A stretch of 63,407 nt of DNA, counting the filler, from Reclinomonas americana ATCC 50394 (taxonomy: Eukaryota): assembly GCA_048213135.1 (NCBI GenBank). It is 16 parts of 16 records of this genome, joined end to end, with 100 filler letters (N's around TTAATTAATTAA, not from the genome) between each part and the next. Parts side by side here need not be neighbours in the genome. Positions count along the whole stretch, not along the records: positions 1 to 7,234 come from AFZH01020408.1; positions 7,335 to 13,659 come from AFZH01020411.1; 14 more parts are not named here. One strand, written 5' to 3'. The translations under genes and the position numbers were made by a program. Positions 1 through 10,989 of this stretch are shown here, one piece after another; position 1 is the first letter of the stretch; every line of letters begins with the position of its first letter. A model generated the notes under the pieces. The model ran no database searches. It had not been told where the DNA came from and was given only the letters and a program-made list of their open reading frames with translations.

Positions 1-78
<78 letters not shown>
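1..78. repeat. (CA)n microsatellite
   Basis: Pure CA run at the window start. Similar CA/GT/GA runs occur at about 10927-10987, 13604-13655, 55744-55832, 55933-56020 and 63289-63407, mostly in introns or at contig ends. Confidence 0.98.
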
Positions 79-79
<1 letters not shown>

Positions 80-89
80 CACTCGGAGA

Positions 90-1261
90 ATGGCGACAAA
101 GGTGTGAATGTCTATGCGCACTTCGCGTGGTTGGTGTCTGCTTGTGCATGTGCGCTTGTTGTTTGCGTTGCTGTGTGTGTGCGTGCGTGTCTTCGAATGT
201 CGCTGCTGTGTGCGCGTCTCACCCGCGAGTGCTCGACGCAGATCATTCAGAGTCTTGCTGCAGTGCGGTCCGTCACCATCACTCCCGACGGCAAGCACAT
301 TGTGGGTGGATGTGAGGATGGTGCCGTTCGAATGTGGTCTCTGGCGAGTGGCGAAGAAGCGCGACAGCTGGTGGGACACACTGGATGGTTGCAATCTGTC
401 GCCGTCACCCCCGATGGCCAGCAGATAGTGAGTGGGTGTGGAGACTGTACCGTACATTTGTGGTCCCTGGCGAGTGAAGAGGAGGTTCGACGGTTAGAGG
501 GGCACACCGGCTCGGTGTTCTCTGTCGCCGTCACCCCCGATGGTCAGCACATCGTGAGTTGCGGTGGAGACAGCACCATCCGGGTGTGGTCGCTGGCGAG
601 TGGAAATGAGGTGCGACGGCTGGAGGGACACATTGGATGGGTGCTCTCTGTCGCCGTCACCCCCGATAGTCAGCATGTGGTGAGCGGGGGTGTAGACAAC
701 ACAGTGTGGGTATGGTTGCTGGCGAGTGGGGAGGAAGTGCGACTGTTGGAAGGACACACTGATATGGTGTGGTCTGTTGCCGTCACTCCCGATGGACAAC
801 ACATCGTGAGTGGCAGTCGAGACGGGACGATCCGTGTGTGGTCGCTGGCGAGTGGCGAGGAATTGCGACGCCTGGACGGACACACTGAATGGGTGTCGTC
901 CGTGGCGGTCTCTCCTGACAGTCAGCATATTGTGAGTGGGAGTGGGGACAGCACCATTCGGGTATGGTCTCTGGCAAGCGGGGAGGAAGTGCGACGGTTG
1001 GAAGGTCATGACGGATGGGTGTCGTCTGTGGCCGTCTCTCCCAATGGTCTGCGCATTGTGAGTGCCGGTGGTCACGACAATAGCGTGCGAGTGTGGTCCA
1101 CACCGCTTGGCCTTGCTCGCCTCGAGCTTGACGCCGCGCGCTCGGCCATGCACGCCGTGCAGGAGATGCAGGAGGAAGAAGTAGATTCACGATGCCTTCC
1201 CGAGCTGGTTCTGCGCTGCTTCATTGTCGAGGATGCCGAGGTCGTTCTTTTCCGGTGCTGA
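90..1261 (+). CDS. WD40-repeat protein, single 7-blade propeller with highly similar repeats
   Basis: Proposed exon 1 ATG GCG ACA AAG (90-101), GT..AG intron 102-241, exon 2 242-1261 in frame. Seven 42-aa repeats of consensus LEGHTxWVxSVAVTPDGQHIVSGxxDxTIRVWSLASGEEVRR. Confidence 0.9.
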
Positions 1262-1924
1262 GTTGGTGAGTCGGAGGGAGGGAGAGTGGCTGCTGGTGAT
1301 TGTGAGTTGCTTTTCTTCGTGTCGAGCGAGGGAGAGTGGGTGGAGGAAGAGAGGACGACAGAGGAAGAGAGAGAGGTCGTTGATGAAGAATTGTTCTCCC
1401 GTGTTTGTTGTCATGCCATGAGAATGACAGTGTGCGGTCGTGAAGGATGTCTCCCTCTGTGTACGTGACTCTTTCTCACCTCCATTTGTGTATGCGAGCG
1501 AGACGAATCAATTGGAGTCTGTGATTTCTTTTCCCCTCGTTGTGATGTCTGTTGTGCGTGCATCTTTCGTCGCTGATATAAGTGCCTCATGAGAGCGAGT
1601 CACCGTTGTCTGTTTCCCTCGCTTCTTGTTTTGCGCACCTCCTTGGCACCGCTATACTCTGCTTCCCATTGTGCACGTGCGCCGTGGGCATTCTCCTTCC
1701 ATCTCTGCAGGATGCCTGTCTTTCAGCTCTCTTTCTTCCTGCCTCCTGCAGAGTCTATCTCTTTCTCCGCCATCTCCCTCCTTTGTGCGCTCATCTGCTT
1801 CTCCAGTCATCCACCCCATCCCTCCCGCACAAGCTCGATCCGAGTATCTGCTCATGATGCGCCGACTGCCATCCTGCCATCGCGTCGGGCAGTCCATCAT
1901 GGTGAGCATCCCGATACCGAAGTG

Positions 1925-2116
1925 TGATGCTGTGCTGTGCTTGCTGTGCTGTGCTGTGCTGTGCTGTGCTGTGCTGTGCTGTGCTGTGCTGTGCTGTGCT
2001 GTGCTGTGCTGTGCTGTGCTGTGCTGTGCTGTGCTGTTCTGTTCTGTGCTGTGCTGTGCTGTGCTGTGCTTCAATGTGTTGTGTTGTGCTGTGCTGTGCA
2101 GTGTTGTGCTGTGTTG
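1925..2116. repeat. (GCTGT)n pentanucleotide microsatellite
   Basis: Long GCTGT run. It explains the spurious CCAVL and STAQH ORFs. Confidence 0.97.
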
Positions 2117-2169
2117 TGCGCCCTGCTTGTATTACCGTTTCTCATCATCATTATCTATGTGCGGCGCAG

Positions 2170-2660
2170 GGGCTCGGACTGCAGCAAGAGCTGCTCGACA
2201 TGCAACGCTGCCGGCACGCAATCGTGCTCGACGGGTCGCCCTGGCACCGGCTGTGTGTGCAAGAGTGGATACAGTGGACCGACATGCGCGGTCGTGGCGC
2301 CGCCGCCTGTGTGCACCAGCGACTCGCAGTGCATGGGGTACGGTGTGGGTCATGCTGACAATGGTGGCCTGTTTGTCGGCGGGCGATGCACGAACAAGTT
2401 GCGCGAAGCTAGCTAGCAGCTCACCGAAACAGCCACTTTACTTGATGCTGACACGATCATATGTGTGCTGCAGTGCGTGTTCTTGCACCTACCCGTATGC
2501 GCCGTATGCCAGCACCGGTGCCATTGGAACGCACTGCCAATGTCGCATCGAGGGTCCGTGCCAGTTGCTGAATAAGGGCGCGACTCCGTACCAGGCATTC
2601 AACTGGAGCAATGGGCAGCGCCTCGGCTGTGTTGCGGCCACGGATGCCAAGTGCGCTTGA
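2170..2660 (+). CDS. Cys-rich EGF-like protein, 3' part (5' exons not resolved)
   Basis: Exon GSDCSKSC...CVCKSGYSGPTC...GGRCTN joins in frame through a GTTGCG..CAG intron (2398-2473) to NACSCTYPY...CQCRIEGPC...AKCA-stop. EGF-like CxCxxGYxGxxC pattern. Confidence 0.55.
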
Positions 2661-2845
2661 GGAGGAGGCAGTGAAAGACCCCACTCTATGCTTCACCGTG
2701 CCATTGTCTAGAAATATGCAGTCTGCAAGAGGCTGTCGACAAGCCAGAACAGCAGCAGCAGAGTTCAGTTGTTGCCCATCGGCGGCGCTTGCGCAGCGTG
2801 AGCCACAGCAAAAGCGTGCGGGAGGGCTCGAGCAGTAGCGAGGAG

Positions 2846-3197
2846 ATGCCGAGTTCGCACGGCACACCGACCATCCCGCCAGAGTTTATGACAAACGCCC
2901 AGCCACCAACCGTCACGGAAAACAGTTGCGTTGCACTCCCGAGTCAGGTACGTGAGCATATATATTGTGTGGCCGGTGACTGTAACGCCATTGTAGATCG
3001 ATGGAATCGTTTCTGGTGGCGCTGGACGGTGCGCGCGACAGTGTCTTTATTTTGTTTGGCGCTTGTACACTCATGACCTTTTCGTCCATCAACAGCACCG
3101 GTCGCTCCCCATGTGGCTCGTGCCCGTGTGCTTCACTCTGGCCTGGGCCACTGGCGTATTCCTCATGTACCTGACATTGCTCACCGTCGCTCGGTAG
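2846..3197 (+). CDS. Small (~70 aa) single-pass membrane protein, hypothetical
   Basis: Three exons splice in frame: MPSSHGTPTIPPEFMTNAQPPTVTEN|NRWNRFWWRWT|HRSLPMWLVPVCFTLAWATGVFLMYLTLLTVAR-stop. Hydrophobic C-terminal helix. Confidence 0.5.
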
Positions 3198-3571
3198 GTG
3201 GCTCTCGGTCTTGGTAGCATTCGCGACGAGTTCTCACCTGCTCCATTCGCAGTATTCTTACCGACACGGAGGGCGCCGGCAGTGTCGCCAACGCCTCCTT
3301 CATTAGTGGTGAGTGTGCCAGCCAGCAATCCGTTTTGCGCCCTTTTCTGTTGCCTCACTGCGTTTTTCGCTCCGCAGTGGTACGTACGTGTGTGGGCATG
3401 TGACATGTCTGTTGGTTTTACATATGTCTTCTGATACCAACACCTCTTGCTATCTTTCTCGTTTCCTTTGTGGAATTCGGCGTCAGATCCATGCTTGTCA
3501 TGAGCCGTGGTTTCTCTTGCAGAAACATTAGCCATCTCGACTTTTTCTCGCTTTTTTCGTGATGTCTGAGT

Positions 3572-3641
3572 TTCTGGTGCTCACTCAAGATGGTGATCAT
3601 CAAGCAGCTGTGTTGCTGTTTGGATTAGTAAAGTTGTTGTT
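3572..3641 (+). repeat. ~65-bp dispersed direct repeat (copy 1)
   Basis: CTCAAGATGGTGATCATCAAGCAGCTGTGTTGCTGTTTGGATTAGTAAAGTTGTTGTT recurs almost exactly at 7447-7578 as two tandem copies. Confidence 0.9.
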
Positions 3642-4254
3642 CGTCCCCCCCCCCCCCTCTTGCGTACTGACGTCTGACTCTCTGTTGTTTGTTGTTTGTC
3701 ACGTTGCTTGCTGGTGGGCTCGGTAGCTGCAAGGTGACGAACTGCTGCTGATTCTCGGTGTGGTGTCGTGCCGAGCACTGACTGTGTCTCGCGTGTGCAG
3801 ATGTGCTGATCAACGAACCGGTCAAGTTGATGGGTGTGTGCAGCTGCTGTACATTTGCAAGCCGGTTCTCTCTTTCTTTCTCTCACTCTGCGTGTGTCTC
3901 AACGCCTCCTTCGCTCCTTGTAGGATGTGCAGGCACCGCGTTCATTGTGTCCCGATCGGTGACCGACGCAGTCTTTGGGATCCTCCAAAACTCTCACAGT
4001 CCATCTCTGTCCATTTCACCTTTACTTTTCCAGCCCTTTGCACAACGCAAAATCGGGAGCAAAAAAGCCCAGAACACGCTCCAGCAACGGTGTCCTGCAA
4101 TCGACTGACTGTCAGCGAGAAAACACAAGTGCGTGCTAAACATATTCATACCGACTGTGACCAGTCTCGCCACCGCCTCCCAGATCTGTGCGAGCATACG
4201 GTCTCCCTCAGCACATTCTGCTCACTGCAGTGTGCTCACAACGGAAAAAAACAC

Positions 4255-7234
4255 TCACTCACCTGCACCTTGCAAGTCACCAAGTCGCCATAGCCGAGCA
4301 GTGGCATCATCGCTCCCGCTGAATACATGGCCATTGCCGACAAATGCCACACACCTCACAGGTCCCGTATGACCGGTGCACTGGCACAACTCGCTGCCCG
4401 ACTCCAGTGACCACACCCTCAAGTACTTCTCCAAACCACCCGACACTACGCGCCGTCCATCGTCCGACACGGCCACACAGCACACGGGCTCCATCAGTGA
4501 GAACACAAAAACCTGCACACCGTCGGCAAGCGTCCACACCCGCACGGAATGATCAGCGCCTCCGGCCACGACGTGCTTGCCGTTCGGAGAGACGGCCACT
4601 GACTGCACGTGGTGGCGGTGGCCCTGAAATTGGCGCACCAGCCGACCTTCTGCATGTGACCACAGTCGCACAGACCAGTCGACGCCCCCGCTGATAATGT
4701 GCTGACCATCTCCAGTAGCCGCCAATGCGGTAACCGCAGACGTGTGACCTCGAAGGCACCGACATTCGTGACCCGAAGAGCTCCACACCCGAACGGTCTT
4801 GTCCACACTTCCCGTGGCCACAAACCACGATGACTCTCCACCAGAGACAAACGACGTCACCGTCAGCACTTCATCGGTGTGGCCATCCAGGCACTGCACC
4901 ACCTGTCCCGTGGCCAGCGACCACACCAACACGCTGCTGCAGCGACTGGCGACAACCAAGTGCGACGAGTCTGGCGTAAACGCCAGTGCAGTCACGGGGT
5001 GTTCTCTGCAGTCGAATGCAAGCACCTGCTCGCCGCCAGAAACAGTCCATACTCGCACCACGGCGGCGTGTGGGCCACCTTCGCCAGTTGCAACTAGTCC
5101 CGCCGCAGCTGAGATGGCGACGGCCGTGACAGCAGCGGAATGTCCGGCTGGCTGGCGGACTTCCTCTCCGCCAACAATGGACCACAGACGAACTGCTCTA
5201 TCTCGACCGCTACTGACAACTTGATGGCCATCGTGTAAGCTGACGACGCCGAGCACACTGCCGCTATGGCCCTCGTAGCGCTTCACCTCGCAACCACTCT
5301 TCGATGACCACACGCGCACTGTGCCATCGTCAGCACCACTGACAAGCAGCTGCGAGTCGCCCACAACTGCCACCGAGTTCACCCAGTCGGAGTGGCCACT
5401 GAATTTGTGTAGCTGCTGCCCGTCCGCTAGCGTCCACAGGCGAACGGTGCGATCGTAGCTCCCACTGACGACGTGTACCCCGTCATCGCTGATGGCGAGC
5501 GACGATATCCACGACGTGTGGCCTCGCAGATCACGCACATGATTGCCCGTCGACAATGACCACACGCGAATCACCTTGTCACCACCGCCGCTAACAAGTG
5601 TGCCGCCCCTGGGGCTCGCAGCGACGGCTCGAACGGTGTCTGCGTGTCCAAGCAGGCGTGTCACCTCCTGTCCGGTTTCCAGCGACAGAACACACACTGC
5701 GTGATCGTCGCCACCGCTAATCACAAACTCGCAGTCGTGTGTGACAGCGATCGAGTACACCACACCGGCGTGAACTGCTGCTTGCCACACTTCAGCGCCG
5801 TCGGGAAACGACCACATCCTCACAGTGTGATCCTGACTGCCACTCACAATGTGACGACCATCGGGGGTGAATGCGACACTCCACACCACCTCCGTGTGCC
5901 CGGCGAGGGTCAGCACTTCTGCACAGCCACCGACAACGGGCCAAACACGAATAGTCTGATCGCGACTGCCACTCACGAGATAGCGGTCGTCGGCCGACAC
6001 CGCAACGCATTCAACCATATGCGCGTGTCCAATGAGTGGCGACCGCGGCAGACGAGCGCCCGACAGCAGAGCGCCAGTGAAATCTGCCTCACGGCAAAAC
6101 GCACGGGAAAGGTTGACTCGTCGCAGGTCGGCGAATCGCAGCGACGTGCGGTGCATGAGCGCATCTCGGAGGTCGGCCCCTCGCAGTCGCACCCGATCGA
6201 GGACGCGTCCAGAGAAACTTACTTGGGCCACACTGAGAATGGTTGCGGCGTTGGCGGCTGCCGTCACCAAGCGCTCGCCGACCTCTGCATCTGGGCTGGC
6301 GGAGACCATGACTGTCTCCCATAGCCGCTGCTGCAGTGCGACGGAGCGGCGCACGCTGTCACCAATCTCCGTAAGTAGGCGCGGCCGATCAGCCAACAGC
6401 CGATCAGACAACAAGTGATCATGCACATCCATCGGCGTCAGTGGACGCTCGACACTGCACTGCTCCCAAGCGTAGACGTGCCGCGCGACAAAGTGCTCCA
6501 GCAGCGACGGATGCAAGAAGCCCCACAGCCACGTCCCGTATTGACGAATTATTGGGCAGCTTCCTCGCAATTCGGGACTGTGGCTGCGGAAAAACTGGTC
6601 GCACGGTCCTGGCAGCCTGGCACTCTTGCGCTGCCCAGCACCACCGAGTTCGCGGTGGCTGTCGGGGCCCAGCTCAGCATACACCTGCGACACATTGTTC
6701 AAGTACATGCGCCGCGCCAGCTCCTCGCAGAATGCTACGCACTCGTCGGTGCTGGGCACCACGCAGCAGCCGACAGTGAGCAGGCGATCTCGTTCCCGCT
6801 TGATCCACTGAAGAACAAAGCTGTCCAACAACTCACGCCGCGAATACTGCTGCAGTCCGTACACCGAGCGTGGTAGCACTTGCATCACCACGGACAAGTG
6901 GAATGGATTGGCAATCATGTCGCGCACACTGTGCGAGGGAGAATGGAGAGCACGCTGGTATTCCTCCACCGAGAGTTGTCGCTCCAGAATATCGTTGTCT
7001 ACCAGAGCACTTACGTGCTCTGGAATCACTCGACTGGTGGCCACCCAGTTCTCCACAAACAGCTGAATTTGCTGATCACTGAGTGGCAAAATGTGTCGCT
7101 CTCGCAGACGATCGTGCTGGAAACGGCCGATGCGATCGACAGGCACCAGCAGCCGTCGGTAGTCGCCGAGAGCAATCGCAAAGTCGGTACGACATGTGAC
7201 CACGATCTTGACGTCTGCACATGTCTGCAACTGT
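4255..7234 (-). CDS. NACHT/STAND NTPase (C-terminal part) + pentapeptide repeats + 14 WD40 repeats; NLR-like, 5' truncated by gap
   Basis: Uninterrupted 991-aa ORF. KIVVTCR (sensor 1), NPFHL (GxP-like), FLHPSLLEHFVA (winged-helix FxHxS), AAANAATIL then ADLRDA/ADLRRV/ADFTGA pentapeptides, then 14 GH..WD repeats. Walker A/B are not seen and presumably lie in the gap. Confidence 0.9.
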
Positions 7235-7334
7235 NNNNNNNNNNNNNNNNNNNNNNNNNNNNNNNNNNNNNNNNNNNNTTAATTAATTAANNNNNNNNNN
7301 NNNNNNNNNNNNNNNNNNNNNNNNNNNNNNNNNN
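7235..7334. other. Artificial contig spacer N44-TTAATTAATTAA-N44 (first of 15)
   Basis: The same 100-bp linker with stops in all six frames also starts at 13660, 18270, 23332, 30227, 33934, 35040, 41572, 51990, 53961, 55833, 57335, 59323, 60974 and 62242. Confidence 0.99.
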
Positions 7335-7446
7335 GGATACGCTGCGGTTGAACTTGGTCATCAAGGCAGCTGTTGCTTGTTTGTTGGTGAATGAATATTG
7401 AGGTAGCCAGACCAGTAAATTGTTGTAGTTTCCGTGATGCATCAGT

Positions 7447-7578
7447 TCAAGATGGTGATCATCATGCAGCTGTGTTGCTGTTTGGATTAGTAAAGTTGTT
7501 GTTGTTATTGTTCTGGTGCTCACTCAAGATGGTGATTTTCATGCAGCTGTGTTGCTAGTAAAGTTATTGTTGTTGTTG
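7447..7578 (+). repeat. ~65-bp dispersed direct repeat (tandem copies 2 and 3)
   Basis: Matches 3572-3641. Confidence 0.9.
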
Positions 7579-7616
7579 TCATTCTTGTGCATTAATTATT
7601 CGCCACCCGCCCCTCA

Positions 7617-8065
7617 TTACCTCTCTGTCTCCACTCGACCATCCTCCGCAACATCATTGTCAACAAATCTCGGTCCTCCCTCGAGCTCACTTCCCTCCGG
7701 AGCAGCGGCAGAGGCAGTCGGTTCACCCTCTGGCAGCAGCAGCATTTCTCGCATGGAAGCATCGCGAGAGGGTGCAGCCTTCCGTCGTCGACCGCGGTGC
7801 CACCACTGCGTGCAGCGAGCAGCGAGCATGACCACCGCATCGGCCACCACCGGAATGTACACTGTGACTGTCACCATCGACAAGATCACTGTCGTCCAAC
7901 GTGGAGTCAGCCGTCTGCTCTCACTCCACATCACAGGCGCACTGACACACTCACCCACAGAGGTCACATATTGGAAATACTCGTCGGCCGGCGCTGCGAA
8001 CACACAGCCCACTGCCGACAATGCAAACTAGCACCACCAGGAATGAGCATTGAGCAAAAACAAGC

Positions 8066-8102
<37 letters not shown>

Positions 8103-10923
8103 ACACACACCAGCATGGTCTGCTCCGACAGGTTGTCCCATCGTGTACGATAGGCGGCCACAAACAACTCGATGACAAACATGCCGGAGACGGCCAGCCA
8201 CAGCGACAAGTGGAGTGGCGTCAAGTCATCGCGTACGGCCAGTGGCGTGAAGAGCAGCAAGAGCACAATACGGCGGGCGAGCAGAACGGATTCCCACCTG
8301 CATTCACACAAGTCAGTACTTTCAGTACACAAGAGAGTCATCGAAGGATACGGAGAAGAGCAACAAACCAGTACACCGGCGCTCTGTAGTTCTCGAACCA
8401 CACGCCTGGGAGACAATGCCAGAGGATGAGCGTAGCGCATCCAACATGTTCGTCAACTGTCGTGGACATACTCACCGACAATTTTCGTGAATCGCGGATG
8501 TGCAACTGGTCTGGTGAGCGTGGGGGCCTCTACTTCTAGTCGGCCTGTACGTCGCCATCTCCACAACAGCAAGCCAACCGTTATCGGGAACAGGCATTCC
8601 TGTGAAACGATATTAACACCACACACATAATCACTCGTTTCCTTTCCTCTCCACTTTCTCTCGTTTCACTCGGGGACAGGCATTCTCGCGAAATGACATA
8701 AACATTACAATGTCGACAGACATATTCCCTCTCTCTCTTCTCCAAAGGAACATTCACTGGTCCATACACATCAATTGACTAGTCTCGTGTGCGCGCGCGC
8801 TCTTTCTCTCTCTCTCTCTGTGGAACAGGCATCTCGCGAATACAGCTTCACGACGGCGACACACAAATCCCCAGTTTTCTCTTTCTCTCACTCTCCTCTC
8901 TCGGGAACATGCATGCCTGCGAACATTACGTCACTACGGACACAACTCTCTCTCTCTCTCTCTCACGCACACTCTCTCCCATTTCTCACTCCTCTCTAGA
9001 GAGAAGGTGACCCTGCGATAGGACATAATCGCCACACACATAATCACTCATTTTTCGCTCCCTCCAAAGCACTTTCTTCTCTCCTCTGCTCCTCTCTCAA
9101 TCTCCCTGTTTCTCTTGGGAACAGGCGCTCCTGCAAAAGACGTAAACGAAGCTATGCTGACACACATACCCGCACATCCCGCTCTCTTTCTCTCCCAGAA
9201 GCATCCATTGCTGCAAGCATAGTACTACCAAACTGACACATACTTGCCCTCTCTTCTCTCCGTCACCAATCCCTCTCTTCTTTCTCTCTCTGTAGTCTCT
9301 CTTCCCTGCTCTTTCCCTCCCTTCCCCTCTCTCCCTTCCCTTTCCCCTCCCTCCCCCATCCCACTTTCGCACCAACACCAACAGCGTAGCATACAGTCCA
9401 GTCCAATGGCGGAAGGTATCCGTGTCACACTGGATGGCCGGCAAGAACGAGTTGTACATACTATGCACGCGCCAATGAGTCATGTGCCTCAAGTGCGTTC
9501 GTGGAGAAAACATGCACGCACTTGCCACCCGGGAGCGTCTTGCAGTTGAAAAAGGAGAAGGTGGTCTGCACACGGCGAGGAGATTAGAGAGAGAGAGAGA
9601 GGTGGGGCCATGCAATCAGTGTGCAATGTGAGATGATCGACTTGCGTGCTCGCTCTCCTTCGCTCTTCTTGCCTCTGAGAGTATGAGCACGAGTGAACCA
9701 CCAACCTGCGTGATGCCGGGAAAGACATTGACCACTACAGTGCGGTGGCAAATGGGTGAGTGAAATAACGCACAGCGTGCAAGGCAACTCTCTCAGCTGC
9801 TCTTCACGCAACCCATTGCCAGTGTGGTTCGCGAGTAGTAGTCCGGATGAGCCCACAAGCAAAAGTTGACGACCCACGTGGGTGATGTGGAATCTGTGCC
9901 GCACCGCCAGTGAGGAGACTGGAATCACTGGCACAGCATGCAGCATCGCAGCAGCTCACCGACAGCAGCAACTGTTCGCACAATACGTGCAATTGTCCAG
10001 TGCACCAGGAACACAATCCAGACAAACACTTGCATGTGGGGGAAAGGGCGCCCGTCAGAATGCACAGCAAGAGCGTCACACACGCGCACGAAAACATGTA
10101 CCAAAGCAAAACAGCGGCTGTATGAGTCCAACAATAAGAGTGCCGTACGGCGACACTTGGAAGGGACACTGTGAATGCAAGTAAGACACACGCCTGCTCC
10201 TTCCCGCCTCCCTCTCACACGCCCACAAGTCACAACATTCTCTGCACTCAGCTCCTCGTCCCCATTGCCCTTCAGTGTCCTCAACTCACCGACGAGTGGC
10301 CGGTGAAGGACGCGCGAAAATCGAAAGCCCGCTGAATCACATAGTACGAACTCTGCGTGCACATGTTGGCGTTGTGAGTGAAAACGCGTCGGCACCGCCC
10401 CTCCCCGCAGTCGCGCACGCACCGATGGGTAGAACATGAGACCTGCGGATTGGAAAGCAAGGCAAAAGTGAACAAAGATGCACAAAGTAGTCGCGAAACT
10501 GCACGACATCGTACACACCAGCCGACTGCCACATGAAAATGACGATTCTGGTGCTGGCCGACACCTTGCGCTGCGACAGTACGTGTACCAGTAGCGCAAG
10601 GAATAGACCTTGCGCAATCCACTGTCCAAGTCACGCACCGTCGGTCAGACCAAAGAGACGAACGCTGGGTACTATCGCCGCAATTTCTTACACACCAGCG
10701 CAATGACACTGCCGCTTCCGCTGCCCGTGCACGGGACGCAGTCGTGCATCCATGGTACGTAGCCAGCGTCACATTGACCACACAAGGGCGACGCGCTGTC
10801 TCGATGCGTCCAGGGAGCACAGAAGGTGCCTTGTGGCACCCCAGAAACCACGCCCGTGACCATGCCGGGGGTTGGCTGCCGGCAAATGGATGAGCACAGA
10901 CGCAATACGCACACACATGCTCC

Positions 10924-10989
<66 letters not shown>

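Noticed and set aside
1626..2416. Long ORFs with CCAVL or STAQH repeats
   Set aside because: Translations of the (GCTGT)n microsatellite. The CVCV/HTHT/ERER ORFs elsewhere arise the same way from dinucleotide runs.
7279..7290. Recurring palindromic TTAATTAATTAA motif
   Set aside because: Always centred in exactly 44+44 Ns; an artificial six-frame-stop contig linker, not biology.
8580..9200. Recurring GGGAACAGGCA..CACACATAATCACTC motifs
   Set aside because: Degenerate intronic minisatellite in the Pmp-like gene; no terminal repeats or coding capacity. The intron repeats at 37460-37770 and 52620-52900 are similar.
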